64,000 nucleotides of DNA from an uncultured delta proteobacterium (GTDB lineage: Bacteria; Desulfobacterota; Desulfobacteria; Desulfobacterales; JAFDCJ01), in the NCBI GenBank assembly GCA_963769935.1, contig CAVYNY010000011.1, positions 160,001 through 224,000 of the forward strand. Reading direction: 5' to 3'. The notes under the pieces are model-generated. The model did no database searches, had not been told where the DNA came from, and worked only from the letters and a program-made list of their open reading frames with translations. Positions within the stretch are counted from its first letter, which is position 1, and every line of letters starts with the position of its first letter. Below, piece after piece: positions 54,067 through 64,000 of this stretch. Made by a program: the position numbers and the translations under genes.

Positions 54067-55272
54067 ATGCCTCCATTCCTTACCAGACAGATGCCTGCAC
54101 CCAGCTCTCTTCCCGGCTATAACGAGCGACGTGTGCTTCAGGTGCTCCGCCGCATGGGTGAAGCGTCCAAAGCCGACCTTGCCCGACAAACAAATTTGAC
54201 CAATACATCAGTCGGGATTATCGTTTCCTCCCTCCATCGCAAGCAGTTATTAAAGATTTCCCGCAAGCGACTCAGCGGTCAGCGCGGCCAACCGCCAACC
54301 CTTTACCAGCTTGAGACCGCGGGCTCCTTCAGCATCGGTGTCCGAGTGGATCGCAACTGGATCCAAACTATTCTCATTGATTTTGAAGGTACCGTCCTCT
54401 CGCGTCTATCCCACGAATCAATTCTTCCAAAACCCGAAATGGCCTTGGAGATCATTCTTAAAGATGTCAACGCGCTGCTGGATATGTTGTCGGAAAACCA
54501 GCGCCGGCGTCTGTCGGGTATCGGCCTCGCTTACCCCTACAATTTAGAAAGTTGGCTGAACGAATTATCTCTGCCTTACGAGCAATTCAGCTGTTGGAAT
54601 GAGTTCGATTTGGCTGAACATATAGAGGATGCAATTTCGATCCCGGTCTATTGCGAAAACGATGTCACCGCCGCCTCGATCGCTGAGCTTTTTTACGGTG
54701 TCGGACGGGATAGGGATGACTTTCTCTATGTTTTTATCGGCCCGGCTATCGGCGGCGGAATTGTCATTAACGGAGAGTCGGTGCGGGGTCCAATGGGCAA
54801 TGCCGGCGACATCGGCTTAATGCCGGTACCGCCTTCTACCTTGATTTCAGCACCCCAGCCCAAAGGTGAATGGGATATACTTCTCAATCGGGCCTCGATC
54901 AACACCCTTATCCGTCATCTCCGAGCCTGCGGGCGCGACGTTCACTCATTTTCTGATGTGAATTTTCTGGTTGATCGGCAGGACAGCGCCGTGCACGAGT
55001 GGATGGAGGACTGCGTCGCCGCCCTCACCCCTGTCCTCTGGTCGGGAGTCGCCTTGCTCAATAGCCCCGTTGTGGTAATTGGTTCGGATCTGGGGAAGGA
55101 GTTCATCCAGCAGTTGCTAACCAAATTGGAGCAGAAATTGGCGTCGAGCGCGCCGGAGGCCCGGAACCCTCCCCAATTGCTATCAGGCTCTTTCGGCAGC
55201 GACGCTGAAGCAATCGGCGCGGCAAATTTACCGTTTTTTTACCATTTTTCAACGCAGAATCACATCAATTGA
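54067..55272 (+). CDS. ROK-family transcriptional regulator
   Basis: N-terminal HTH, ENDVTAA, IGGGIV.NG, GNAGDIG. Confidence 0.92.
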   Translation: MPPFLTRQMPAPSSLPGYNERRVLQVLRRMGEASKADLARQTNLTNTSVGIIVSSLHRKQLLKISRKRLSGQRGQPPTLYQLETAGSFSIGVRVDRNWIQTILIDFEGTVLSRLSHESILPKPEMALEIILKDVNALLDMLSENQRRRLSGIGLAYPYNLESWLNELSLPYEQFSCWNEFDLAEHIEDAISIPVYCENDVTAASIAELFYGVGRDRDDFLYVFIGPAIGGGIVINGESVRGPMGNAGDIGLMPVPPSTLISAPQPKGEWDILLNRASINTLIRHLRACGRDVHSFSDVNFLVDRQDSAVHEWMEDCVAALTPVLWSGVALLNSPVVVIGSDLGKEFIQQLLTKLEQKLASSAPEARNPPQLLSGSFGSDAEAIGAANLPFFYHFSTQNHIN

Positions 55273-55359
55273 AAAAACAGGTTGCAAGTGTGAATAAGAG
55301 CTCGCCCGATGGGCTTTTGTTGACGTACCCTAAAAACCTAAGCATTGAGAGGAGGAATC

Positions 55360-56670
55360 ATGAAACTGAAAGTGTTGGTAGTAACGGCAGGTTTAATACT
55401 GGCCACGGTTGGCTTCATCCAGGCCGAGACGATCACCATCGCCACCGTCAACAATGGTGACATGATTCGCATGCAAAAGCTATCCGACGACTTCACCGCC
55501 AAGAACCCCGGCATTGTACTGGACTGGGTTACGCTGGAGGAAAATATTCTCCGCCAGCGCGTCACAACGGACATCGCCACCAAAGGCGGGCAATACGATG
55601 TCATGACCATCGGAACCTATGAGGTCCCCATCTGGGCCAAGCAGGGCTGGCTGGTGGCACTTGACAATTTGGGTCCGGATTACGACGTCGATGACCTGCT
55701 GCCGGCGATCCGCAGCGGACTGACGGTCGACGGCAAGCTGTATGCCGCGCCGTTCTATGGTGAAAGCTCGATGGTCATGTATCGAACCGATCTGTTTAAA
55801 AAGGCCGGTCTTGAAATGCCGGAGGCGCCGACGTGGAAGTTCATTGCCGATGCTGCGCGTAAGATTACCGACAAAGACAAGGAAATCTATGGCATTTGTT
55901 TGCGCGGCAAAGCGGGCTGGGGTGAAAACATGGCCTTCCTGACGGCCACGGCCAATTCGTTCGGCGCCCGCTGGTTCGATGAAAACTGGAAGCCGCAGCT
56001 GGACAGTCAGGCCTGGAAGAACACCCTGAATTTTTACGTCGACCTGATGCATGATGCGGGTCCTCCGGGTGCATCATCCAACGGCTTCAATGAGAATTTG
56101 GCGCTTTTTCAATCCGGCAAATGCGGCATGTGGATTGACGCCACGGTTGCCGCCTCTTTCGTAACAAACCCCAAAGACTCCACCGTGGCCGACAGGGTCG
56201 GTTTCGCCCTGGCGCCGGACAACGGCCTCGGCAAGCGCGGCAACTGGCTGTGGGCGTGGGCGCTGGCCATCCCGGCCGGCACCCAGAAAGGCGCAGCGGC
56301 CGAGAAATTCATCGCCTGGGCCACATCCAAGGATTACCTGAAGCTTGTCGCTTCGAAGGAAGGCTGGGCCAACGTACCGCCGGGTACCCGGGCCTCGCTG
56401 TACAATAACCCGGAATATCTCAAAGCGGCACCCTTTGCCAAGATGACGCTCGAAAGCATAAAGACAGCCGACCCGAAACATCCGACGGTCGATCCGGTGC
56501 CGTATGTGGGCGTGCAGTTTGTTGCCATTCCTGAATTCCAGGGTATCGGTACCGCAGTCGGCCAGCAGTTCGCGGCGGCCCTGGCCGGCACGGAAACGGT
56601 CGATCAGGCGCTGCAGAACTCGCAGCGACTCACCGAGCGCATCATAAAAAAGGCCGGCTATCCCAAATAA
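55360..56670 (+). CDS. smoE: Sorbitol/mannitol ABC transporter substrate-binding protein
   Basis: IATVNNGDMIRMQ, LEENILRQRVTTDIATKGGQYD, ICLRGKAGWGEN. Confidence 0.9.
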   Translation: MKLKVLVVTAGLILATVGFIQAETITIATVNNGDMIRMQKLSDDFTAKNPGIVLDWVTLEENILRQRVTTDIATKGGQYDVMTIGTYEVPIWAKQGWLVALDNLGPDYDVDDLLPAIRSGLTVDGKLYAAPFYGESSMVMYRTDLFKKAGLEMPEAPTWKFIADAARKITDKDKEIYGICLRGKAGWGENMAFLTATANSFGARWFDENWKPQLDSQAWKNTLNFYVDLMHDAGPPGASSNGFNENLALFQSGKCGMWIDATVAASFVTNPKDSTVADRVGFALAPDNGLGKRGNWLWAWALAIPAGTQKGAAAEKFIAWATSKDYLKLVASKEGWANVPPGTRASLYNNPEYLKAAPFAKMTLESIKTADPKHPTVDPVPYVGVQFVAIPEFQGIGTAVGQQFAAALAGTETVDQALQNSQRLTERIIKKAGYPK

Positions 56671-56748
56671 TCCGGAATTGCCGGCGGCCCGGCGAGCTTC
56701 TTGCCGGACCGCCGCCAACCTTTCTGCCAAACACTGGAGGCGATACTT

Positions 56749-57621
56749 ATGGCGACGGCACATTCCCGCAGTGTTGCACGACTCATGATATCTCCATCCG
56801 TGCTGCTGCTGCTCGGCTGGATGATTATCCCCCTCGCATTGACGCTCTATTTTTCGTTCCTGAGCTACAACCTACTGACGCCGGGAATGCACGAGTGGAT
56901 CGGGCTCATGAATTACCGGTTTTTTTTGACCGATCCGGCTTTTTTTGAGGCCTTGAAGAACACGCTGCTTTTGGTCGGCGGCGTGCTGCTGATAACGGTC
57001 TTCGGCGGCGTAGGGCTGGCCCTGCTGCTGGATCTGCCTTTCTGGGGACAGGGAGTCGTTCGCATTCTGGTTATCGCACCGTTTTTCGTGATGCCGACCG
57101 TCTCGGCGCTGGTTTGGAAGAACATGTTCATGAACCCGGTCAATGGGCTGTTCGCCTATGCCGCGAAATTCCTGGGACTGGAGCCGATCGACTTTCTGGC
57201 CCACGCACCGCTCTTCTCAATCGTTCTCATCGTTGCGTGGCAGTGGCTTCCCTTTGCGACCCTCATTCTTCTGACCGCTCTTCAATCACTGGATCAGGAG
57301 CAGCTGGAAGCGTCGGAGATGGACGGGGCCGGGCCTGGGAAGCGTTTTGTGTATGTCGTGCTGCCGCATCTGGCACGTGCAATCACGGTTGTCATCCTGA
57401 TCCAAACCATCTTTCTCCTGTCGATCTTCGCCGAAATACTGGTGACGACCAACGGCGGACCGGGTTATGCTTCCACCAATCTCACCTTTCTGGTCTATGC
57501 CCAATCGCTGCTGCAGTTCGATGTGGGGGGAGGCTCCGCCGGAGGCATCGTCGCCGTGATCCTGGCTAATATCGTGGCGGTCTTTTTGATGCGAATGATC
57601 GGTAAAAACCTGGAGGCGTAA
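56749..57621 (+). CDS. smoF: Polyol ABC permease
   Basis: EAS.MDGA (EAA) motif; operon context. Confidence 0.88.
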   Translation: MATAHSRSVARLMISPSVLLLLGWMIIPLALTLYFSFLSYNLLTPGMHEWIGLMNYRFFLTDPAFFEALKNTLLLVGGVLLITVFGGVGLALLLDLPFWGQGVVRILVIAPFFVMPTVSALVWKNMFMNPVNGLFAYAAKFLGLEPIDFLAHAPLFSIVLIVAWQWLPFATLILLTALQSLDQEQLEASEMDGAGPGKRFVYVVLPHLARAITVVILIQTIFLLSIFAEILVTTNGGPGYASTNLTFLVYAQSLLQFDVGGGSAGGIVAVILANIVAVFLMRMIGKNLEA

Positions 57622-57625
57622 GACC

Positions 57626-58456
57626 ATGGCACGCACTATATCCCCATCACGCAAGACGGCAATAACTGTTGTGGCCTGGGCCATCGGGCTGATGATGTTT
57701 TTTCCGATTCTCTGGACCATCCTCACAAGCTTTAAGACGGAAGCGGAAGCCATTTCCTCGCCCCCGTCTTTCGTGGCGTTCCAATGGACGCTCGAGAACT
57801 ATTTTGAGGTGCAGGCGCGGTCGAACTATTTCCTGCACTTTGCCAATTCCGTCATCATCTCGTTCGGGTCCACCATTCTGGGCCTGCTGATTGCCATCCC
57901 CGCCGCCTGGGCCATGGCCTTCGTACCCGGCAAACGCACCAATAATTTGCTGGTATGGATGCTCTCAACCAAAATGCTGCCGCCGGTGGGCGTGCTGATT
58001 CCGATATATCTGATCTTCCGGGATACCGGGCTGCTCGATACCCGGACCGGTCTGTTGATTGTGTTGACGCTGATCAATCTGCCGATTATCATCTGGATGC
58101 TTTACACCTATTTCAAAGAGATCCCGGGGGGCATCCTGGAAGCCGCCCGGATGGATGGGGCGACTTTGCGGGCGGAAATTATCCATGTGCTGACGCCGAT
58201 GGCCCTGCCGGGGATCGCATCTACCCTTCTGCTGAATGTCATCCTGGCCTGGAACGAGGCGTTCTGGACCCTCAACCTGACGGCGGCCAAAGCGGCGCCG
58301 CTGACCGCTTTCATTGCAAGTTATTCCAGTCCGGAAGGGCTATTTTATGCCAAACTAAGCGCCGCCTCAACCATGGCCATCGCGCCGATTCTGATCCTGG
58401 GCTGGTTCAGTCAGAAACAGCTTGTGCGCGGCTTAACCTTTGGTGCCGTAAAGTAG
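57626..58456 (+). CDS. smoG: Polyol ABC permease
   Basis: [23 protein letters not shown]. Confidence 0.88.
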   Translation: MARTISPSRKTAITVVAWAIGLMMFFPILWTILTSFKTEAEAISSPPSFVAFQWTLENYFEVQARSNYFLHFANSVIISFGSTILGLLIAIPAAWAMAFVPGKRTNNLLVWMLSTKMLPPVGVLIPIYLIFRDTGLLDTRTGLLIVLTLINLPIIIWMLYTYFKEIPGGILEAARMDGATLRAEIIHVLTPMALPGIASTLLLNVILAWNEAFWTLNLTAAKAAPLTAFIASYSSPEGLFYAKLSAASTMAIAPILILGWFSQKQLVRGLTFGAVK

Positions 58457-58466
58457 GAGCAAACCC

Positions 58467-59468
58467 ATGGGAAGCATAAAACTGAGTGATGTTACAAAAA
58501 GTTTCGGCGAAACCGAAGTCATCCCTCCGATCAACCTGGAAATCAACGACGGTGAATTTTTAGTCTTCGTCGGACCTTCCGGCTGCGGAAAATCCACCCT
58601 GCTGAGACTGATTGCAGGTCTTGAGGACGTGACGAGCGGCCGAATCGAAATAGACGGCCGGGACGCCACGGCCATACCGCCTGCCAAACGGGGTTTGGCC
58701 ATGGTTTTCCAGTCTTATGCGCTGTACCCGCACATGTCCGTGCGCCGGAACATCGCCTTTCCGCTGAAGATGGCGGGATTGGATAAAGCCGAGATCGACC
58801 GCCGGGTGACGACCGCGGCCGAGACTCTGAATCTCACCGACTTTCTTCAACGGCGGCCGGGTCAGCTCTCCGGCGGGCAGCGTCAACGAGTGGCCATCGG
58901 GCGCGCAATCGTGCGGGAGCCGGCGGCGTTTCTCTTCGATGAGCCCCTGTCCAATCTCGATGCGGCGCTCCGGGTAAATATGCGGCTGGAAATTACGGAT
59001 TTGCATCACAGCCTCAAGACAACGATGATCTATGTTACCCATGATCAAATCGAGGCCATGACCATGGCTGATAAAATTGTGGTGCTGAATGCCGGCCGCA
59101 TTGAACAGGTCGGCTCGCCGCTTGAGCTCTATCGCAACCCGAACAATTTGTTCGTTGCCGGCTTTATCGGCTCGCCGAAAATGAACTTTATTACCGGCGC
59201 TGATGCATCCAAGTACACTGCCGCAACAATCGGCATCCGCCCGGAGCATATCTCCCTGTCCAAGGAATCCGGCGAATGGAAGGGGAAGGTCCGGGTGGCG
59301 GAGCATTTAGGATCAGACACCTTCCTGCACGTGACGACCGATCGGGTCGGGACATTGACTGTAAGAGCCAGCGGGGGGGTCGATGTTTCCTATGGCGATC
59401 AGGTGTACGTTACGCCTGATCCATCTAATATCCACCGTTTTGACCCATCCGGAGCAGCCATTACATGA
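58467..59468 (+). CDS. smoK: Polyol ABC ATP-binding protein
   Basis: [28 protein letters not shown] tail. Confidence 0.9.
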   Translation: MGSIKLSDVTKSFGETEVIPPINLEINDGEFLVFVGPSGCGKSTLLRLIAGLEDVTSGRIEIDGRDATAIPPAKRGLAMVFQSYALYPHMSVRRNIAFPLKMAGLDKAEIDRRVTTAAETLNLTDFLQRRPGQLSGGQRQRVAIGRAIVREPAAFLFDEPLSNLDAALRVNMRLEITDLHHSLKTTMIYVTHDQIEAMTMADKIVVLNAGRIEQVGSPLELYRNPNNLFVAGFIGSPKMNFITGADASKYTAATIGIRPEHISLSKESGEWKGKVRVAEHLGSDTFLHVTTDRVGTLTVRASGGVDVSYGDQVYVTPDPSNIHRFDPSGAAIT

Positions 59469-60238
59469 AACGTCTAAATGGAAAATCAGCTATAATTACC
59501 GGCGCCGCGCGCGGCATCGGCCGGGCCTTTGCCAAAGCCTATGTCCAGGAAGGCGCAACGGTAGCAATTGCCGACATCAATTTTGAGGGGGCAGAAAAAG
59601 CGGCCTCGGCAATTGGCGCCAATGCCTATGCGATCCGGCTGGATGTGACCGATCAATCCTCCATCGATGCTGCCGTAAAGGCGGTCGAGGCGCATTCCGG
59701 CGGGATAGACATTCTTGTCAACAATGCCGCCTTGTTTGATCTGGCCCCCATCAGCGAGATTACCCGTGAGAGCTACAACCGGCTATTTTCGATCAATGTC
59801 GCGGGCACCCTGTTTATGCTTCAGGCAGTCGCGAAATCGATGATTGCCCGGGGCAAGGGCGGCAAAATTATTAATATGGCCAGCCAGGCCGGGCGGCGCG
59901 GCGAACCACTGGTTGCCGTCTATTGTGCGACCAAGGCCGCCGTGATCAGTCTGACCCAATCGGCCGGGTTGAACCTGATCCGATACGGCATCAATGTGAA
60001 TGCCATCGCACCGGGGGTGGTGGACGGCGAGCACTGGAACGGCGTGGATGCGCTTTTTGCCAAATACGAAAACCGGCCGATCGGCGAAAAGAAACGTCTG
60101 GTCGGTGAAGCAGTACCCTTGGGCCGGATGGCAACCCCTGCGGATCTGACCGGCATGGCCGTGTTTCTCGCCAGCTCGGAGGCCGACTACATTGTGGCCC
60201 AGACTTACAATGTCGACGGCGGAAACTGGATGAGCTGA
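59465..60238 (+). CDS. smoS: Sorbitol (L-iditol) 2-dehydrogenase, SDR family
   Basis: [40 protein letters not shown]. Confidence 0.92.
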   Translation: MKRLNGKSAIITGAARGIGRAFAKAYVQEGATVAIADINFEGAEKAASAIGANAYAIRLDVTDQSSIDAAVKAVEAHSGGIDILVNNAALFDLAPISEITRESYNRLFSINVAGTLFMLQAVAKSMIARGKGGKIINMASQAGRRGEPLVAVYCATKAAVISLTQSAGLNLIRYGINVNAIAPGVVDGEHWNGVDALFAKYENRPIGEKKRLVGEAVPLGRMATPADLTGMAVFLASSEADYIVAQTYNVDGGNWMS

Positions 60239-60258
60239 CCTTATAGAGGAGGACCATT

Positions 60259-61737
60259 ATGACGACAAAACTTGCTGCTCAGAACCTTGCAGCCATTGCG
60301 GCCTTGGCCGCCGTGCCCGGCTACGAGCGCTCGGCGCTCTCGGCCGGCATCGTGCATTTCGGCGTCGGCAATTTTCACCGGGCCCACCAGGCCGTCTATC
60401 TGGACTCACTTTTTAATACCGGCCGTGATCATGACTGGGCCCTCATCGGTGCCGGCGTGCTGCCGTCGGATGAAAAGATGCGCCGGGTCCTCGCCGGTCA
60501 GGATTTTCTGACCACCGTCGTGGAACAGTCGGCCGGCCGCAGTGCTGCGCGGGTCACCGGCGCGATGATCGATTTCCTTTCACCCGATGATTCGGCGGCC
60601 ATCATCCGTACCCTGGCCGACCCGGCAATCCGGATTGTATCGATGACCATCACGGAAGGCGGCTATTTCATCGATCCCGCCACCGGGGTTTTTGACGCCG
60701 GAAATCCTGCCATAGCGGCGGACGGGGCTGCTCCCGAACGCCCGAAGACCGTTTTCGGCCTGATCGTGACGGGGCTCAAACGCCGGCGGGAGGCAGGCAT
60801 CGAGCCATTTACGGTCATGTCCTGCGACAACATCCCCCATAATGGGGTTGTCGCCCGCAACGCGGTGGCCGGCCTGGCCGAACTGTCCGATCCTGAATTC
60901 AGCCGCTGGATTGTCGACCAGGTCGCCTTCCCCAACAGCATGGTGGACCGGATTACCCCTGCCACCGGAGATCGCGAGCGGGAAATTTTAACCCGTGATT
61001 TCGGCCTTGAGGATAATTGGCCGGTTTTCTGCGAAGACTTCATCCAGTGGGTGCTGGAAGACAATTTTCCCGCCGGCCGGCCGGCCCTGGAGAGGGTCGG
61101 GGTGCAATTCGTACCCGATGTAATACCCTATGAGAATATGAAGATCCGTATCCTCAACGGCGGCCATGCCGTCATCGCTTATCCGGCCGGTCTGCTGGAT
61201 ATCCACTTCGCCCATGAGGCCATGGAACATCCCCTGATCCGCCGTTTTCTCCAAAAGATCGAGCGCGAGGAGATCATACCGATTGTCCCGCCGGTGCCGG
61301 ACACGGATCTGCAAAATTATTTCAGGAAAATCGAGGAGCGCTTCGCCAACCCCAAGATCGGGGACACCATTCGCAGGCTGTGCCTCGACGGCTCCAATCG
61401 TCAGCCCAAATTCATCATTCCCTCCATTGCCGACCGACTGAAGGCCGGCGCAGGTGTCGCGGGCCTCGCCCTTGAATCGGCGCTGTGGTGCCGCTATTGC
61501 TACGGCACGACGGAGAGCGGCCGGAACATCGAACCCAATGACCCCAATTGGGATCGTCTTGTCCCGGTCGCACGGGCCGCAAAAGAAGATTCAACGGCCT
61601 GGCTGCAGATGGAAGACATTTACGGCGACGTCGGGCGCTCCGAGGTGTTTCGCAAACACTTTGCAACCATGCTGGAGACAATCTGGTCGGAGGGTGTGAC
61701 GCGCGTCGTCACACGCTATCTGGAAGGAAAAGCTTAG
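60259..61737 (+). CDS. mtlK: Mannitol 2-dehydrogenase
   Basis: GIVHFGVGNFHRAHQA, SCDN, PNSMVDRITP, KIRILNGGH. Confidence 0.9.
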   Translation: MTTKLAAQNLAAIAALAAVPGYERSALSAGIVHFGVGNFHRAHQAVYLDSLFNTGRDHDWALIGAGVLPSDEKMRRVLAGQDFLTTVVEQSAGRSAARVTGAMIDFLSPDDSAAIIRTLADPAIRIVSMTITEGGYFIDPATGVFDAGNPAIAADGAAPERPKTVFGLIVTGLKRRREAGIEPFTVMSCDNIPHNGVVARNAVAGLAELSDPEFSRWIVDQVAFPNSMVDRITPATGDREREILTRDFGLEDNWPVFCEDFIQWVLEDNFPAGRPALERVGVQFVPDVIPYENMKIRILNGGHAVIAYPAGLLDIHFAHEAMEHPLIRRFLQKIEREEIIPIVPPVPDTDLQNYFRKIEERFANPKIGDTIRRLCLDGSNRQPKFIIPSIADRLKAGAGVAGLALESALWCRYCYGTTESGRNIEPNDPNWDRLVPVARAAKEDSTAWLQMEDIYGDVGRSEVFRKHFATMLETIWSEGVTRVVTRYLEGKA

Positions 61738-61857
61738 AAACGGGGAACCGGAGAAACGGTGAACCGGGGAAACGGGAATTTTGGGAAAGGGAGAAAGGGG
61801 AAGAGGGGGACTGTCCTGATTGTTGTCCAGTTGGTTTCACCAGGTAAATTGAGGGGG
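61738..61857 (+). repeat. GAAACGG tract + 55-bp motif (right direct repeat)
   Basis: Matches 52589-52643. Confidence 0.85.
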
Positions 61858-61912
61858 ATGATTTATTTGATTAAAGCGATCATAGTTCACAGTTCAGTTC
61901 AAGGCCGCTTTC

Positions 61913-62773
61913 CTATACCCCGTGGCTGCGAGAATAGGCTGACGGCTTAGGGGGCAGCCATCCCTCCAGCGCCTTCGGATCCGGGCGATAGACCTCAACC
62001 TTCAGCGGGTAGCAAGCTGCTGCATCGCTGGAATGTTCCGAGCTGCAATCACCGCCGGGGCAGGCCGACAGCGCGCCCAGCAGGTCGATTTCGGCGAAGA
62101 ATTCGATGAAATCCCCGGGACGCACCGGGCTGGCTTTCATGAAATACTGATGCGTGTCATGCATGAAACCCGTGCACATGAAAACATTCAGCACATCATG
62201 GACATGCGTTTCGGCCTGGTGCAGCGAAAGCCCGGTTTCTGCCGCCAACGCTCGGGTCAGATTCGAATGGCAGCAATGATGATAATCCTGTCCGCTCAGC
62301 AAACGGTTGGTATAGGGATCGCAGCGCGTTCCGATTACGTCATGCACACCGCCGCCGTCCGCATCAAAGCCATACCAATCGAGGGTGTCATGGGTAATCG
62401 TTGCCATTGGTCGCATATGGGGAAAACTGCTCCACATCCGGTCACCGGTGCTCAGGTGGGTTCCATGCAGCGCTCTGGTTTTGCCGCTGTAAAACCGTTC
62501 CGACAGATCACTATCCGCCCAGAGATTCAGATCGCCCACCTGCGGGCCGTCCACGCTGACGATCCGGAAAAAATTACCTGCTGCAACACGAAAAGATCCG
62601 GCATCCCGCGGCGGCACGATCACCTCACTTGTCATTTTCATTGCTTCACGTGCAGCGGAATAGAGGCTCATGTTCGGCATGGGGAGGGTATCAACCGGAT
62701 AGCAGATGACGGGTTGGACCGCCCTGCGGGCATCGGCATCAACGGGAGCTTTGCTTTGAGGGGTGCGTTTCAT
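61913..62773 (-). CDS. DUF1989 (urea carboxylase-associated) family protein
   Basis: GPQVGDLN, HDVIGTRCDPY, CCHSNL, LNVFM, LSACPGGD. Confidence 0.9.
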   Translation of the reverse strand: MKRTPQSKAPVDADARRAVQPVICYPVDTLPMPNMSLYSAAREAMKMTSEVIVPPRDAGSFRVAAGNFFRIVSVDGPQVGDLNLWADSDLSERFYSGKTRALHGTHLSTGDRMWSSFPHMRPMATITHDTLDWYGFDADGGGVHDVIGTRCDPYTNRLLSGQDYHHCCHSNLTRALAAETGLSLHQAETHVHDVLNVFMCTGFMHDTHQYFMKASPVRPGDFIEFFAEIDLLGALSACPGGDCSSEHSSDAAACYPLKVEVYRPDPKALEGWLPPKPSAYSRSHGV

Positions 62774-63632
62774 TGAAGTTTTCCTTGATCCCGTAATTCC
62801 GGGACGAATCGTCCTCTTTCAGGACCGGACGATGGGTTTCATTAATTTGTTTGAGCAAATCAGCTGCCCTCGATTTAAGTTAAGTTACCGGTTTTATATC
62901 CTGCGAAATATTCATTTTATTACCTCCGGTCTTTTTATAGGAATAGATTAAGACCGATGTCAAGCTCATAACTTCTTGCGCACTTTGCTAACGTTGCTGA
63001 CGCCTCCGTTGAAATTCGTCCCATAACCAATATCTAATAACTTCCAGGCGTAAATCCGATTCCAGATCAGTGCTGATTTTTGGCGCCCGGCGGCCTTGCA
63101 TCTCCCTGCGCCCGGCGCATCGCGCCCTGGGTCACTCTTATCTTTTCAGCATTAGTAGTAAAGCCGATGAGTTGGCGAGAATATGGCATGAATTTTATAT
63201 GAAAAAAAATATTGACAAATAACCCGTGGCATTCCATGAAAGCCATATTCTAAAATTGAAAACATGGTCCTCCGGGTTAGGTCAGAGAAATCAGGCTTTG
63301 CCGCAGCCGATTGCCATGGGATGCTGGGAAAATGGAATTCCGGCCCCAGTGAAATTTGAAAAAAGATTTCACGGGTTAAAAATATTGAGTCTGGCAGAAT
63401 GAGATCTATTTTTTTTATATAAATATAAAGACTGCCTTTCTTAGAAGTTAAAATCAGCACATCATCCGCTTTTCATAACCTATATTCCATTCTTCCATTT
63501 GCTGTTTAAGGTAAGGGCAACCACCACCCATGTGACGTGAGATCAAAACCTATCACGCGGGGCCAGGATTCTTTGCGGCTGATCCCCTGCGGATACCTGC
63601 CCGTCAAAGCCTTAATATCGAAAGGAGCCCTA

Positions 63633-64000
63633 ATGTCACGCAAACGGTTTGTTGATTTAAGCATCAGTATCGAACCCGATCTGCCCAGCGACCCGCCCAT
63701 GATGATTCCCAAAATCGATTACGTCAATCATGAAATGGGGGCCGAACAGATGAAAGATTTTTACCCGGGCGTCAAAAAAGAACAGCTGCCCGGCGGGCTG
63801 GGCTGGGCGGTGGAGTTTATCACGCTGACCACCCACTCCGGGACCCATCTGGATGCCCCGTATCACTATCACCCTACCATGGACAAAGGCCAACGGTCTT
63901 TGACCATCGATGAGATTCCCCTGGAATGGTGTTTTAACGATGGGGTGCTGCTGGATTTCCGCCACAAGGGAGACGGCGAGCGGATCACGGTTGAAGATGT
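63633..64000 (+). CDS. Cyclase family protein, partial at window edge
   Basis: Manual translation: MSRKRFVDLS...THSGTHLDAPYH; AAGGAG RBS. Confidence 0.88.
   Translation, partial: MSRKRFVDLSISIEPDLPSDPPMMIPKIDYVNHEMGAEQMKDFYPGVKKEQLPGGLGWAVEFITLTTHSGTHLDAPYHYHPTMDKGQRSLTIDEIPLEWCFNDGVLLDFRHKGDGERITVED

Noticed and set aside
55338..62776. Long antisense ORFs over smo, mtlK and DUF1989 genes (likewise over S8 and MBL)
   Set aside because: Shadow ORFs of GC-rich genes with clear sense-strand products.
62775..62830. Guanidine-II riboswitch upstream of DUF1989
   Set aside because: GGACGA occurs in stems, not as twin ACGR tetraloops.

Overview
Bacterial accessory or plasticity region. The gene content and repeats suggest a Desulfobacterota/Desulfobacterales-like genome (inference). 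Left part (1-25 kb): metabolic genes (SAM methyltransferase, MBL hydrolase, M14 peptidase, amidinotransferase, cupin, creatinase-like M24), an AC/GC-STAND-TPR protein, a PDZ/DUF1598-like lipoprotein, a damaged IS3, a frameshifted S8 protease behind a MITE, and LysR/EamA. Middle (25.5-47.6 kb): a decayed array of mostly minus-strand single-gene cassettes with attC-like sites but no IntI in the window (CALIN-like). It carries TIR and NDT-like proteins, three type II TA pairs, a truncated group II intron plus an orphan intron 3' end, an IS1634, and many remnants of two RAYT (HUH Y1) transposase families whose ends sit at gene breakpoints. Right part (48-64 kb): YprB-like exonuclease, a split PAS/HisKA_2 kinase, and an intact smoEFGK-smoS-mtlK polyol cluster with ROK and fructokinase, bracketed by direct repeats. 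Many single-base frameshifts may be sequencing artefacts. All family calls come from motif recognition by eye; no searches were run.
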